Below are positions 19,195 to 27,672 of a stretch of DNA of 64,000 nucleotides, piece after piece. The first letter of the stretch is position 1, and each line of letters opens with the position of its first letter. The notes beneath the pieces are model-generated. The model did no database searches. It saw only the letters and a program-made list of their open reading frames with translations, and was not told the DNA's origin. The stretch comes from Crocinitomicaceae bacterium (lineage in GTDB: Bacteria > Bacteroidota > Bacteroidia > Flavobacteriales_D > Sanyastnellaceae). The position numbers were made by a program, and so were the translations under genes. Where the stretch lies: assembly GCA_002690915.1 (NCBI GenBank), contig NZGF01000079.1, positions 29,802-93,801 of the forward strand, written 5' to 3'.

Positions 19195-20396
19195 TAGCTC
19201 GCCCCAAGAACCCCAAGTTCATCACCAACCTTGCGAAACGCTTCAATGGCCCGGTCAAGCTGTTCTCGCGTATGAGCTGCAGACAACTGAACCCGGATCC
19301 GCGCTTCACCTTTGGGCACAACGGGGTAGAAGAATCCGATGACATAAATGCCTTCTTCGAGCAAGCGGTTGGCCATGACTTGCGACAACTTGGCGTCGCC
19401 GAGCATCACGGGCACAATGGCCGATTCACCGTCTTTAATCGGCAAACCCACCCGTCGCATTCCCGCCTTGAAATAGTCGGTATTCTCCTCAAGCCGATCC
19501 CGGAGTTCAGTCGACTCGTTCAGCATCTTGAATACTTCCAACGACGCGCCGACAATGCTCGGGGCCAAGCTGTTAGAAAACAGGTACGGCCGCGACCGCT
19601 GGCGAAGCATCTCGATGATTTCTTTTCGACCCGTCGTGAATCCCCCCATGGCACCGCCCACGGCCTTGCCGAGGGTGCCGGTGATGATGTCGACCCGACC
19701 CAAGGCGTTGCGTAATTCAATGCTCCCGCGGCCTGTTTTGCCGATGAAGCCCGTCGCATGGCATTCATCGACCATCACGAGGGCATCGTATTGTTCTGCG
19801 AGGTCGCAGATCTTGTCAATTTGGGCGACGTATCCGTCCATGGAGAACACCCCATCGGTAACTATTATTTTGAACCGGTGATTGGCCGCCTGGGCCTTTT
19901 GCAGTTGTGCTTCCAAATCCGCCATGTCATCATTGGCATAGCGGTAACGTGCTGCTTTGCACAAACGCACACCGTCAATGATGCTAGCATGGTTCAATGC
20001 ATCGGAAATGATTGCATCATCCGGCCCAAGCAACGGCTCAAACACCCCGCCGTTCGCGTCAAATGCCGCAGCGTACAAAATGGTATCTTCCGTTTGATGG
20101 AATTCGGCAATCTTCGCTTCAAGTTCCTTGTGAATGTCCTGGGTGCCGCAGATGAAACGTACGCTCGACATCCCAAACCCGTGGGTGTCAATGGCGCGCT
20201 TGGCGGCTTCACATACCCGTGGGTCGCTGCTTAATCCCAAGTAGTTATTGGCACAAAAATTCAAAACCTTTGACCCGTCGGTCAATGTGATTTCAACGTC
20301 TTGAGCCCCCGCGATGACCCGTTCAGCCTTGAATAAACCGGCAGCGGTGATTTGCTCAAGTTCAGACTCGAGGTGGGATTGTATGGATCCGTACAT
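19194..20396 (-). CDS. kbl: Glycine C-acetyltransferase (2-amino-3-ketobutyrate CoA ligase)
   Basis: It is a PLP class-II aminotransferase fold with [22 protein letters not shown] and SMDG motifs. The N-terminus (L..EL..I...GL.K.ER) is typical of Kbl. Confidence 0.9.
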   Translation of the reverse strand: MYGSIQSHLESELEQITAAGLFKAERVIAGAQDVEITLTDGSKVLNFCANNYLGLSSDPRVCEAAKRAIDTHGFGMSSVRFICGTQDIHKELEAKIAEFHQTEDTILYAAAFDANGGVFEPLLGPDDAIISDALNHASIIDGVRLCKAARYRYANDDMADLEAQLQKAQAANHRFKIIVTDGVFSMDGYVAQIDKICDLAEQYDALVMVDECHATGFIGKTGRGSIELRNALGRVDIITGTLGKAVGGAMGGFTTGRKEIIEMLRQRSRPYLFSNSLAPSIVGASLEVFKMLNESTELRDRLEENTDYFKAGMRRVGLPIKDGESAIVPVMLGDAKLSQVMANRLLEEGIYVIGFFYPVVPKGEARIRVQLSAAHTREQLDRAIEAFRKVGDELGVLGAS

Positions 20397-20410
20397 GCCT
20401 CAAAATTAGG

Positions 20411-21295
20411 TCAAAACCCCCGCGCCCAATGCACCGATTTGGCCGACGCAACGCCCAAGACGACAGACTCGTTCTCGGCGATGTGACCGACAGGGACGCT
20501 GTGCACGACTGGAGTGGTCTCTGGCACGTGCTCCGCCAAGATTTTTCGGACGTCCTTCCCAAACGGATTGTCCACGGCCTGCCCGTCGGCGATGGTGTTA
20601 TCATGCAGATCCGTGAAGCCTCCAACCAACACGCCCCGGACCCGGTCCAACACCCCCGCTAGTCGGAGGGCTAGCACCATCCGATCTACGTGGTAGAGGT
20701 ATTCGTCTAAATCCTCCAACAGCAACCAAGCACCCTCGACCGGCGGAAAAAAAGGCGTGCCGAGCAAGCTGTACAAAACCGACAAGTTCCCTCCTACTAC
20801 GGCAGCGCCCTTTACGAGGTCATCTTGCCCCTGCGATAATGCCCGCCACATGCCGTTTTGTGTCGTTGCTGAGGCCTGGCCAAACGTACTCGCTACAGGG
20901 GCGTGCAGCGAGGCGACGCCGTGGACTTGGGCCCAACCGTGCAACGACGTCACATCGCTGAACCCGACCAGCCACGTGGGATCGGTGACAAAAGATTTTG
21001 CATCCAAAAACGGCAACAATCGGCCGCATCCGTAGCCGCCGCGCATCGCCCAAATGGCCCGAACCTTCTCATCAGCAAAACCTGCGTTCAGGTAGTTCGA
21101 CCGGTGCGCATCTGCCCCCCCGAATTGCCCCGCTCGTTCGAGCAACCCATCGTACACCACAGGAGTATAACCCGCCATCCGAATGTGCGCCTCAGCTGCG
21201 GCCACTTGATTCGAGGTGACAAAACGCGCCGGGGCGGCCAGGAGGACACCGTCGCCCGGCTGCAATGCTTTCGGGATTTGACAGGGAAACGACAT
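20411..21295 (-). CDS. ldcA: LD-carboxypeptidase (S66 family, muramoyltetrapeptide carboxypeptidase-like)
   Basis: Motifs seen: AIWAMRGGYGCGRLL, GFSDVTSLH and a C-terminal GH. I chose the ATG at 21295; the tracked start at 21307 is a TTG. Confidence 0.85.
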   Translation of the reverse strand: MSFPCQIPKALQPGDGVLLAAPARFVTSNQVAAAEAHIRMAGYTPVVYDGLLERAGQFGGADAHRSNYLNAGFADEKVRAIWAMRGGYGCGRLLPFLDAKSFVTDPTWLVGFSDVTSLHGWAQVHGVASLHAPVASTFGQASATTQNGMWRALSQGQDDLVKGAAVVGGNLSVLYSLLGTPFFPPVEGAWLLLEDLDEYLYHVDRMVLALRLAGVLDRVRGVLVGGFTDLHDNTIADGQAVDNPFGKDVRKILAEHVPETTPVVHSVPVGHIAENESVVLGVASAKSVHWARGF

Positions 21296-21360
21296 GATTA
21301 CATGCAAGATGGGAAGGGATGCGGAAAATGCCCGAAATTCGCATCACTTTAAAGTAGATC

Positions 21361-23454
21361 ATGCCATCAACACCATCGTACCGGTACCGCAAGCGTTTGA
21401 TGATGACTTCGGCCTTGCCGTATGCCAACGGTCAAATCCACATTGGACACGTCGCCGGCGCCTACCTGCCCGGTGACATCCGGGCTCGCTTTGAGCGCAT
21501 GGCCGGCTCGGATGTGGCGTGGGTATGCGGCAGCGACGAACACGGCGCAGCCATCACGTTGCGGGCGAAGAAAGACGGAGTCACACCCCGGGAAATCGTC
21601 GACCGGTACCACGAAGAAATGCAAAAGGCGTTCGATGGGTTGGACATGTCGTTCGACCACTATTCCCGTACATCAAGCGAACGCCATCGCGGGATCGCCC
21701 AGGACTTCTTCCTGACCCTGCTCGAGAAGGGCAGCTTCGAAGTCAAGACTGAAGCCCAGTTTTACGATCCTGAGGCGGAACAATTCTTAGCGGACCGCTA
21801 CATCACCGGCACCTGCCCCAAATGCAACGCCGACGGCGCGTACGGCGACCAATGCGAGAAATGTGGGAGCACCCTGTCCCCAACCGACCTCATCAACCCG
21901 ACGTCAACCTTGAGCGGTGCCAAGCCCATTCTCAAGGACACGACACTGTGGTACTTGCCCATGGGCCGGCACGAAGGATGGCTCAAGGAATACATCGAAA
22001 ACGGTACTTTCGAAGGCCAGCCTCATCATAATGCTTCTTCTTGGAAGGCGCACGTCAGCGGACAATGCCGCAGCTGGATTGACAACGGCCTTCAGAGCCG
22101 TGCCATGACGCGCGACCTTGATTGGGGAGTGCCTGTCCCGGTAGCAGGTGCAGATGGGAAGGTCCTGTACGTCTGGCTCGATGCGCCCATCGGCTACATC
22201 ACCTCAACCATAGAGTGGGCTGAGCAAAACGGCGCACGCTGGGAAGATTGGTGGAAGTCAGACGAATCGGAATTGATCCACTTTATAGGCAAGGACAACA
22301 TCGTCTTCCACTGCCTCATCTTCCCTATTTTGTTGCGGGAACACGGCGGCTACATCCTGCCTTCCAATGTGCCGGCCAATGCCTTCATGAATTTGGAAGG
22401 CAACAAAATTTCGACATCGCGCAATTGGGCGGTGTGGGTCAACGAATTCCTGAGCGAATTCCCGGGCAAAAGCGACGAGCTACGCTACGTATTGGCCAGC
22501 ATCATGCCTGAGCAAAAAGACAGCGAATTCACGTGGGCCGACTACCGCGACCGGGTGAACAACGAGTTAGCTGACGTCCTGGGCAACTTTGTGAACCGGG
22601 TACTGGTGTTGACACGCAAATACTACGATGGGGCCGTGCCCGCCGTTGATCCAGCGGATTTCACCGAAGTCGACCGCGCCGTGCTCGAAACATTGTCCAC
22701 GGCCCCGGCTCAAATCGCGGACCTCATCCGGCGCAACCGCTTCCGGGATGCCCTGCAAGCCGCCATGGGCATTGCGCGTTTGGGCAACAAATACATGACC
22801 GAACAAGAACCTTGGAAGGTATTCAAGACCGATTCCCGACGCACAGCGGTAATCCTCAATACTTGCATCCAAGTCACGGCGAACTGTGCTGTGCTAATGG
22901 AGCCGTTCTTGCCGAAGACCGCAGCCAAGTTGCAAGGTGCCTTTGGCATCATCCAACCCACGTGGTCCGACGCCGCGTCCGATATGATCAAGGCCGGAAG
23001 CACCTTAGGTGAATTGTCCATCTTGTTCGAAAAAGTAGAAGATGAAGTCGTGGAAGCCCAAGTGGCCAAGCTCGAATCAGCCCGCTCAGCGTCCACCGTT
23101 GGCCAAGTGAAATCCGAACCCCAAAAAGAAATCATGACATTTGAAGATTTTCAAAAAATGGACTTGCGCGTGGGCGAGGTCGTCGCATGCGAGCGGGTTC
23201 CAAAGGCGGACCGCTTACTGAACTTAACCATCCGAACAGGCCTCGATGAGCGTACTGTATTAAGCGGCATTGCAGAGCATTTTACGCCCGAAGAAGTGGT
23301 CGGTCGGCGGGTGACCCTGCTGGTGAACCTAGCCCCACGCAAAATCCGCGGTATCGAAAGCCAGGGTATGGTCCTAATGGCCGAGACCGCCGACGGATCG
23401 CTGCGGTTCGTGACGCCCGAAGATGGCACTGCGGCCGGCGACGTCATTCGCTAA
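21361..23454 (+). CDS. metG: Methionine--tRNA ligase with C-terminal tRNA-binding (EMAP/Trbp111-like) domain
   Basis: Seen: ALPYANGQIHIGH (the HIGH motif), the zinc knuckle CPKC...CEKCG, KISTSRN (KMSKS-like) and a C-terminal MDLRVGEV...ESQGMVL. Confidence 0.95.
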   Translation: MPSTPSYRYRKRLMMTSALPYANGQIHIGHVAGAYLPGDIRARFERMAGSDVAWVCGSDEHGAAITLRAKKDGVTPREIVDRYHEEMQKAFDGLDMSFDHYSRTSSERHRGIAQDFFLTLLEKGSFEVKTEAQFYDPEAEQFLADRYITGTCPKCNADGAYGDQCEKCGSTLSPTDLINPTSTLSGAKPILKDTTLWYLPMGRHEGWLKEYIENGTFEGQPHHNASSWKAHVSGQCRSWIDNGLQSRAMTRDLDWGVPVPVAGADGKVLYVWLDAPIGYITSTIEWAEQNGARWEDWWKSDESELIHFIGKDNIVFHCLIFPILLREHGGYILPSNVPANAFMNLEGNKISTSRNWAVWVNEFLSEFPGKSDELRYVLASIMPEQKDSEFTWADYRDRVNNELADVLGNFVNRVLVLTRKYYDGAVPAVDPADFTEVDRAVLETLSTAPAQIADLIRRNRFRDALQAAMGIARLGNKYMTEQEPWKVFKTDSRRTAVILNTCIQVTANCAVLMEPFLPKTAAKLQGAFGIIQPTWSDAASDMIKAGSTLGELSILFEKVEDEVVEAQVAKLESARSASTVGQVKSEPQKEIMTFEDFQKMDLRVGEVVACERVPKADRLLNLTIRTGLDERTVLSGIAEHFTPEEVVGRRVTLLVNLAPRKIRGIESQGMVLMAETADGSLRFVTPEDGTAAGDVIR

Positions 23455-23514
23455 AGTTTACCCGCCCCAAGTCATCATCTCACGCCGTGGTCTTGCGTGT
23501 TTTACCGATGCTTT

Positions 23515-23589
23515 AACGATACAACTCAGCTGGCAGAGCAACGCATTCGCAATGCGTAGGTCTGCGCTTTAAGTCCACATACCAGCTCA
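23515..23589 (+). pseudogene. Decayed tRNA-like relic (intact D arm and anticodon arm, broken T stem and acceptor stem)
   Basis: The D arm is aCTCAGCTGGCAGAGC. The anticodon stem-loop ACGCA-TTCGCAA-TGCGT is perfect and the anticodon position reads CGC. The variable loop is AGGTC and the T-loop-like element is TTTAAGT. The T stem pairs at only 3 of 5 positions (TGCGC/CCACA), and the 5' (AACGATA) and 3' (TACCAGC) acceptor halves do not pair. Confidence 0.45.
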
Positions 23590-23619
23590 ACAAAATCCGA
23601 TATGGATGCGGCTTTTTTG

Positions 23620-26493
23620 TTAGAACATCATCTTGAGTGTCGCCGAGACGGTGCGGCCGTATGCCCAGTATCCCTCGAGTTTTCCGTTCTCCACCGTCCC
23701 TTGGATCTTGTCCCCGGTTTCAGGGTCCGTCACGAACGTTTCAAAGCCATCGCTGATGTAGATGTTGTTTAATGCATTTTGGACGTTTAAGCTGGCCATC
23801 CAGCTCATTCCCGCTGCCTCGAACCGATAGCTACCCCGCAGGTCGAGGTAACCGTAGGCCGGAAGCATAACCGGCTGCAGACCTGCACGGTCCGGATTCG
23901 TGCGGTCGGTGTCCACTTGGAAGCGCGCGTACAGATTCCAGTTATACACGTAGTTCGCACCGATTCGCAGGTTTCTGGTCACGTTGAAGTTGGAAAGGAA
24001 GCCCACCTGAGATTGAGGTGCGTCACTGACTTTCAAACCAGCGGAGTAGATGTATAGGGTTTCCAGGACCTCTCCTCCCTCCTCTGACGTGATCTCTGCA
24101 TTGACATCGTTGTCCCAACGCCAATTCCCGAAGGAGGCCATACCGCCGATCTCCGCCCAAGAATTCGGCCTTCTTCTCCACTCAATCTCAATTCCTTCAT
24201 GGGTCTGAACAAGCCCTGTGATGAAGGCCCGGTATTCGGTACCGTCAGGTCGGAGCAATGGACTGCTCATAATGCTTTTGTCGCGCCATTGGGTGCGGTA
24301 AACATTCAAGTCCAACGAAATTCCGCGCCAACGAAAACGGTAGCCCGCCTCTACCGCATCGACCTTTTCATTGGTCAGTCGGTCGTTGCTCAAGACATTG
24401 GAAAAATTGGTAAACACATAACGAATGAAGGGAGCGCGCGAGTAATGACCGATGTTGAAATAAATATGCTCTGATTCGTCCATGTAGTCCAGCTTTAAAC
24501 TGCCTCCAGCTTTGAGGTTATACCCCAAGCTGCCGGCCTTTTGAGACTTGATTCCATAAACAAATTCTTCGGCGGTTTCCAGCTCGCCCGTTTGCTCGTT
24601 GAGTTGCGTGACTTCCTGCACACCGGTTTCGTCGTAACGGAAATACTTGTACGGGTCAATGCGGCGGTAGGTGGTGTAGGAGATCGTACCCGCACCGAAC
24701 ACACTGAACTGGTCGTTTTTGTATTCGACTTGAGCAAAGCCTCCAGCGTACTGCACACGACCGATATCATCGTAATCCACCTTGTCGCCCGGTTGCGCCA
24801 TGAGGGTATAATCCGGGTTGATGCCGTACCCATCGCTGCTGCTGAACGATTGAAGGTAAAAATCTCCGCCCAGGAGGTTGTTGACCCGGGTGAAGTGCTT
24901 CCCGCTATAATACCGCGCGTCCACACCTGCCATGAGGCTGACACGGTCATTGACTTCGTGCCTCAAAGTGGAGAGGATACCCGTCCAAAAATGCTCGTTG
25001 TGGGCGTTTTCAATGACGCTGCGGCTGCGCCCGCCCACAATGGTATCGCCTTCAACCACGATGTCGTCCCCGAACTCGTGCAGCGTATCAATCCAAGCTT
25101 GCGCATCCACGTCGTAGGCAATCTGATCTGCTGCATAAGTAACGGGCTGGGAATTGTTGGCATTGGAATCCCACAAGTAGTCCCAGTTCAGGGACGTCTT
25201 GACCGAACGTTCCACGCCAGCAGTGTCCACATACGTCTCACTGACTCGGGGGTTACTCGTCCCGTCGTAGCGCGATCCGTATCCTTTGCCGATGCTTATG
25301 TAGTAGCTGGTGGCCATGCTGGTACGCTCGCTCAGTTGCCAGTAATGATTCAAAGCAAACTGCGGTTTGTGGTAGCCGTTGACGCGGGCGTTCAGAACCT
25401 CGTTCTCTTGTCCTCCACGGTTCAAGTAACCCCAGTCGTCGTTCCACCGGTGCGCCTCGTAACCGAGGTTTTGAATATCATTGAAACGGTCCACATTCAG
25501 CTGACCCCTTCGCTGGCCGTGGGTTTGGGGGGCACCGATGGCCGTAAACACAAGCCGATGCGCCCCGAAGTCCTTGGCGGCCGTCAGGAAATAGCTCCAC
25601 GCATCAATGAACGTGGCATCGACGTAGGCATTTCCCATGGTACGGCTGCCCACAGCGCTAACGGCCCAGCCATTTTCCATCACCCCGGAGCTCAACGAAA
25701 GCATGGTCTTGTAGCGGCCGTAATCCGTTATGCTTTGCATCAGGCTTCCCCCCTTTTTGGTGTCCGTGGCCTTCGTGATAATGTTTAATGTCCCACCCAC
25801 TGAATTGATGGCGAGCTTGGACGCGCCCAGGCCGCGCTGTACTTGCATCGTATTGACCGCGTCGCCAAGGCCGGCCCAGTTCGACCAGTACACCCAGCCA
25901 CTTTCCATGTCGTTGACCGGAATGCCGTTAATCAATACTGCCACATTGGACTGATCAAAGCCACGGATGTTGATGCGGCTGTCGCCAAAACCGCCCCCGC
26001 TTTTCGTGGCATACACGCCAGGGGTGATGTTCAAGGTTTCCACCAACTCCTTGTCCCCCAATTGTTCTTGAATCGTCTTGGCATCCAGCGTGGAAACTGC
26101 AACTGGCGTCTCTCGGTCGATGGCCACCGACGCGATGACATTGGCTTCGTTGAGCCCGATAGTCGAGGACTGTAAGGTGATGCGGCCCAGATCTAATACC
26201 CATGAATCACCGCTCAAAGTGCAGGCCTGACGGTAGGTTTCGTACCCAATCATACTGATGACCAATTCGGCTGCACCTGTCTCACGTGGGGTGAATTGGA
26301 AGCGCCCCTCGAAATCCGAAATGGTTCCCGTGCTGGAATTTTCAAGAAACACAGAGGCGCCAGGCAGGGCATCACCTGTCTCGGCATCGAGTACAGTACC
26401 TTCGATTATGGCCTGCGCAGAAAGATTTTGCAGGAGGCTAACGCATGAAATCAGCAAGGCGCTGCCTAAAAGGAGTCGGAGCATTTGGCACAT
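23620..26493 (-). CDS. TonB-dependent outer-membrane receptor with N-terminal carboxypeptidase-regulatory-like domain
   Basis: After the signal peptide comes IEGTVLDAETGDALPGASVFLENSSTGTISDFEGRFQF (CarbopepD_reg-like). A plug domain follows (VSTLDAKTIQ...RINIRGF). The long beta-barrel ends ...ATLKMMF. The start is ATG 26493 or 26484. There is no SusD-like partner. Confidence 0.88.
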   Translation of the reverse strand: MCQMLRLLLGSALLISCVSLLQNLSAQAIIEGTVLDAETGDALPGASVFLENSSTGTISDFEGRFQFTPRETGAAELVISMIGYETYRQACTLSGDSWVLDLGRITLQSSTIGLNEANVIASVAIDRETPVAVSTLDAKTIQEQLGDKELVETLNITPGVYATKSGGGFGDSRINIRGFDQSNVAVLINGIPVNDMESGWVYWSNWAGLGDAVNTMQVQRGLGASKLAINSVGGTLNIITKATDTKKGGSLMQSITDYGRYKTMLSLSSGVMENGWAVSAVGSRTMGNAYVDATFIDAWSYFLTAAKDFGAHRLVFTAIGAPQTHGQRRGQLNVDRFNDIQNLGYEAHRWNDDWGYLNRGGQENEVLNARVNGYHKPQFALNHYWQLSERTSMATSYYISIGKGYGSRYDGTSNPRVSETYVDTAGVERSVKTSLNWDYLWDSNANNSQPVTYAADQIAYDVDAQAWIDTLHEFGDDIVVEGDTIVGGRSRSVIENAHNEHFWTGILSTLRHEVNDRVSLMAGVDARYYSGKHFTRVNNLLGGDFYLQSFSSSDGYGINPDYTLMAQPGDKVDYDDIGRVQYAGGFAQVEYKNDQFSVFGAGTISYTTYRRIDPYKYFRYDETGVQEVTQLNEQTGELETAEEFVYGIKSQKAGSLGYNLKAGGSLKLDYMDESEHIYFNIGHYSRAPFIRYVFTNFSNVLSNDRLTNEKVDAVEAGYRFRWRGISLDLNVYRTQWRDKSIMSSPLLRPDGTEYRAFITGLVQTHEGIEIEWRRRPNSWAEIGGMASFGNWRWDNDVNAEITSEEGGEVLETLYIYSAGLKVSDAPQSQVGFLSNFNVTRNLRIGANYVYNWNLYARFQVDTDRTNPDRAGLQPVMLPAYGYLDLRGSYRFEAAGMSWMASLNVQNALNNIYISDGFETFVTDPETGDKIQGTVENGKLEGYWAYGRTVSATLKMMF

Positions 26494-26574
26494 CGGTAGG
26501 AAGACTTGGTTGTGGTGGCTAAGTGAGCCGTTCGCAATGCAAGATAGCGCCCGAGGTACGGAAACCAAGCGGGC

Positions 26575-27579
26575 TCAAGCCCAACGCCCTTGTTCGTGCA
26601 GGTATTGAGCAATCTGCACCGTATTGGTGGCGGCTCCTTTGCGCAAGTTGTCTGCAACAATCCACAGGTGAAGTCCGCGTTCATTCGCCAAGTCGCGGCG
26701 AATTCGGCCCACGAAGACGTCATTCTTACCCTCCGCCGTGCGTGGCATGGGGTACTGGTTTTGGGCCGGCTCGTCCACCACCACCACACCAGGAAAGTCA
26801 GCCAACTTCTGCCGTACATGCTGGAGTTCGAAAGGACGCTCGAATTCGAGGTAAACGCTTTCACTGTGCCCTCCCATAACGGGCACGCGGACGGCAGTGC
26901 AAGACATGTGAACCTCCTCATCGCCAAGTATTTTCTTGGTTTCGTTCCACACCTTCATCTCCTCTCGGGTATAACCATTGTCGCCAAAAACATCGCAATG
27001 AGGTAAGCAATTCAAATCAATCGGATGCGGATAAACAGGCGCTTCGACCGACGCTCCGGCGCGCTCCGATTCCAACTGCACAATGGCGGCCTTTCCCGTT
27101 CCAGTAATGCTCTGGTAGGTACTCACCACGCCGCGCTGGATGCGGTAGGCCTCATGTAATGGCTTCAGGACCATAACCAACTGCATGGTCGTGCAATTGG
27201 GGTTGGCTATGATGCGGTCGGCTGAACCGATAGCATCGCCGTTGACTTCGGGCACCACCAGTGGACAATTGGAATCCATACGCCAAGCGCTGCTGTTGTC
27301 GACGACCGTTATCCCCGCCTTGGCAAACTCGGGGGCCCAGCGTTTTGACACATCGCCCCCTGCACTGAACAAGGCCACCTGTGGGCGAGCCGCCAGCACA
27401 TCCTCAACGGATTGTATCGTCCATTTTCTCCCTTGAAATTCGACCTCCTTTCCAACACTCTGGCCGCTGGCAGCAGGCAGCAATTCATCCACGGGTAAGG
27501 CCAATTCCTCCATTACCTCCAACATGGTTCTTCCTACGAGTCCTGTCGCTCCAATCAATGCCAACTTCAGTCCGTTCAT
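26575..27579 (-). CDS. asd: Aspartate-semialdehyde dehydrogenase
   Basis: Seen: LALIGATGLVG, IIANPNCTT (active-site Cys) and VPV..GHS. I chose the ATG at 27579 (MNGLKLALIGATG). Confidence 0.92.
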   Translation of the reverse strand: MNGLKLALIGATGLVGRTMLEVMEELALPVDELLPAASGQSVGKEVEFQGRKWTIQSVEDVLAARPQVALFSAGGDVSKRWAPEFAKAGITVVDNSSAWRMDSNCPLVVPEVNGDAIGSADRIIANPNCTTMQLVMVLKPLHEAYRIQRGVVSTYQSITGTGKAAIVQLESERAGASVEAPVYPHPIDLNCLPHCDVFGDNGYTREEMKVWNETKKILGDEEVHMSCTAVRVPVMGGHSESVYLEFERPFELQHVRQKLADFPGVVVVDEPAQNQYPMPRTAEGKNDVFVGRIRRDLANERGLHLWIVADNLRKGAATNTVQIAQYLHEQGRWA

Positions 27580-27672
27580 CGTCCTAATTTTGAATCGCAA
27601 ATTCTTACCTCACATCAACGAATTCAATAGCAAAGTAGCAACGTTATTATCGTTTTTCGTTGAAAAACTGAA

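Noticed and set aside
23591-23619. A hairpin plus T-run (ATCC-GATAT-GGAT GCGG CTTTTTT), a possible terminator for metG or the receptor.
   Set aside because: The stem is only 4 bp and AT-rich, and it is separated from the T-run. It is too weak to call as a feature, so I mention it only alongside the tRNA-like relic.
24541-25788. A 415-aa ORF on the plus strand.
   Set aside because: It lies entirely antisense to the TonB-dependent receptor, has no motifs and has biased composition. It is the typical stop-poor antisense frame of a moderately GC-rich gene.
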